A stretch of 64,000 nucleotides of DNA, from NCBI GenBank assembly GCA_052426225.1, contig JBNJNM010000008.1, forward strand, positions 1,240,001 through 1,304,000, given 5' to 3'. Shown here in pieces: positions 62,887 to 64,000 of the stretch (within the stretch, counting starts at the first letter, position 1; each line of letters opens with the position of its first letter). A program made the translations under genes and the position numbers. This DNA is from Zancudomyces culisetae HAW-14-8 (Eukaryota > Fungi > Kickxellomycota). The notes under the pieces are model-generated. The model saw only the letters and a list, made by a program, of their open reading frames with translations, did not search any database and was not told the origin of the DNA.

Positions 62887-63338
62887 CCACCAACACTACA
62901 AACAAACGCAAATACGAATCGATCTGGGAATCGTAATACAAATGCATTTGATTTATCAGGATTTGGAAACCTAAATTCCCGAAATACAAACAACACCAGT
63001 AGCTCTACTAGCAACAAAAACGCTGGAGCAAGTACCTCGGTATCAAAATTGAACTCTAATTCTCTGTTTCATCGACTAAAGCTTGACTCTGATTTAATAG
63101 ACAAATCACCTCTTCCTCAAGAACCAGAAAACTCTTGGGATACTGACCCATCAAAACGAGCAGATTTATTTACTAAACGCAAAGAGTTTATGGTTTTGCA
63201 GGCACGAAAGTAAGAAACTACATTTTAGTAGCGTTTTCTATTCAATATGAGTGTTTTTCAATGTTATTTTAACACGATATTTTTACAAATAGAAAATTCC
63301 TGGAAATACATAAACAGCTCGCTGAAAAGACACAATAG
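62887..63338 (+). CDS. 3' part of a Cue1/AUP1-like gene (Ubc7/UBE2G2-binding helix); exons 62887-63209, 63293-63338; 5' exons not found
   Basis: SWDTDPSKRADLFTKRKEFMVLQARK|KFLE matches the U7BR/G2BR pattern; GTAAGA...TAG intron. Confidence 0.7.
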
Positions 63339-64000
63339 ACTAGGATAACCTTTTATTAAAAATATGACATTAATGACTTGATATGTTTAAAATGTTTTGG
63401 GCATTCTTTTGATTTTTTTTTGGTGGCCTTCTGGTTATTTTGTAAAAGTTTGCCCTGATATTAATATATAACTTGTTAATAATATCCACCAGAAAACAGA
63501 CAGAAAAGCGCAGATTATGAGAAAAGTTTAGGGAAAGGTAGTGGTGCTACTTTTCTACCTGTAGTTGAGCTAGAAAGATTTATAATGTGTCTAACCATTT
63601 ATCTACCCTCCACCATTTGCTCGTGGTATCCTCGAAAGGCGGATAAAATTTATATTGTCTGCTTAGCCTCGCACTTATGAAGAGAAGTAGCCCAGCCATG
63701 TATATTTAGAAAAAAAGTCACATCCATTTAAAGCTTGGTTTTCATTTTTTAAACAACTTTCGAAGCAACATTTGCTGATCATATTATCAAGTTTTCTGGC
63801 TAGACTTATTTTTCTTCTATCTACATAAAAATGTATTTAATAAAAGTGACTTTGTAGGATGTAGTTCACCGACACCGATAATTACCGAGTAACTCGTACC
63901 TTAGCATTTTTACATTTGAATTTTGGATAAACACTAATCACACTACGCAACTGCAAAATCTAGATTCCCGAATTATTAACGCAGATCAAATTTGTATTTA

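Overview
AT-rich eukaryotic DNA with short GT-AG introns and fungal-type genes. An early-diverging fungus such as a Kickxellomycotina/Harpellales insect-gut fungus is my inference from gene content, not a direct reading. The window has two compartments. (1) 1-22.8 kb is gene-sparse and accessory: only secreted or surface protein genes plus transposon remnants. These include a GPI-anchored trypsin-fold protein with all three catalytic residues replaced, two paralogous Cys4 beta/gamma-crystallin-like precursors, a frameshifted Cys-rich secreted gene and a decayed 17-aa-repeat gene. Four ~750-810 bp solo-LTR-like elements (TG...CA-type ends, 4-bp TSDs on two copies) each carry a TATA-adjacent covarying hairpin and a codon-conserved ORF that runs in frame out of the element end. 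A second diverged repeat pair with two conserved hairpins lies at 1-990. (2) 22.9-44.4 kb is a dense housekeeping block: UTP12/DIP2, a PMP47-like peroxisomal carrier, CUE3/ASCC2, HADH, NDUFAF3, AP-2 alpha and QTRT2. After it come a Thr/Ala mucin-like secreted protein, a Kin1/MARK-like kinase, a GH15 glucoamylase, a split F-box-like/ankyrin gene and a Cue1-like 3' gene fragment. All exon structures and alignments were read by eye; no database searches were run.
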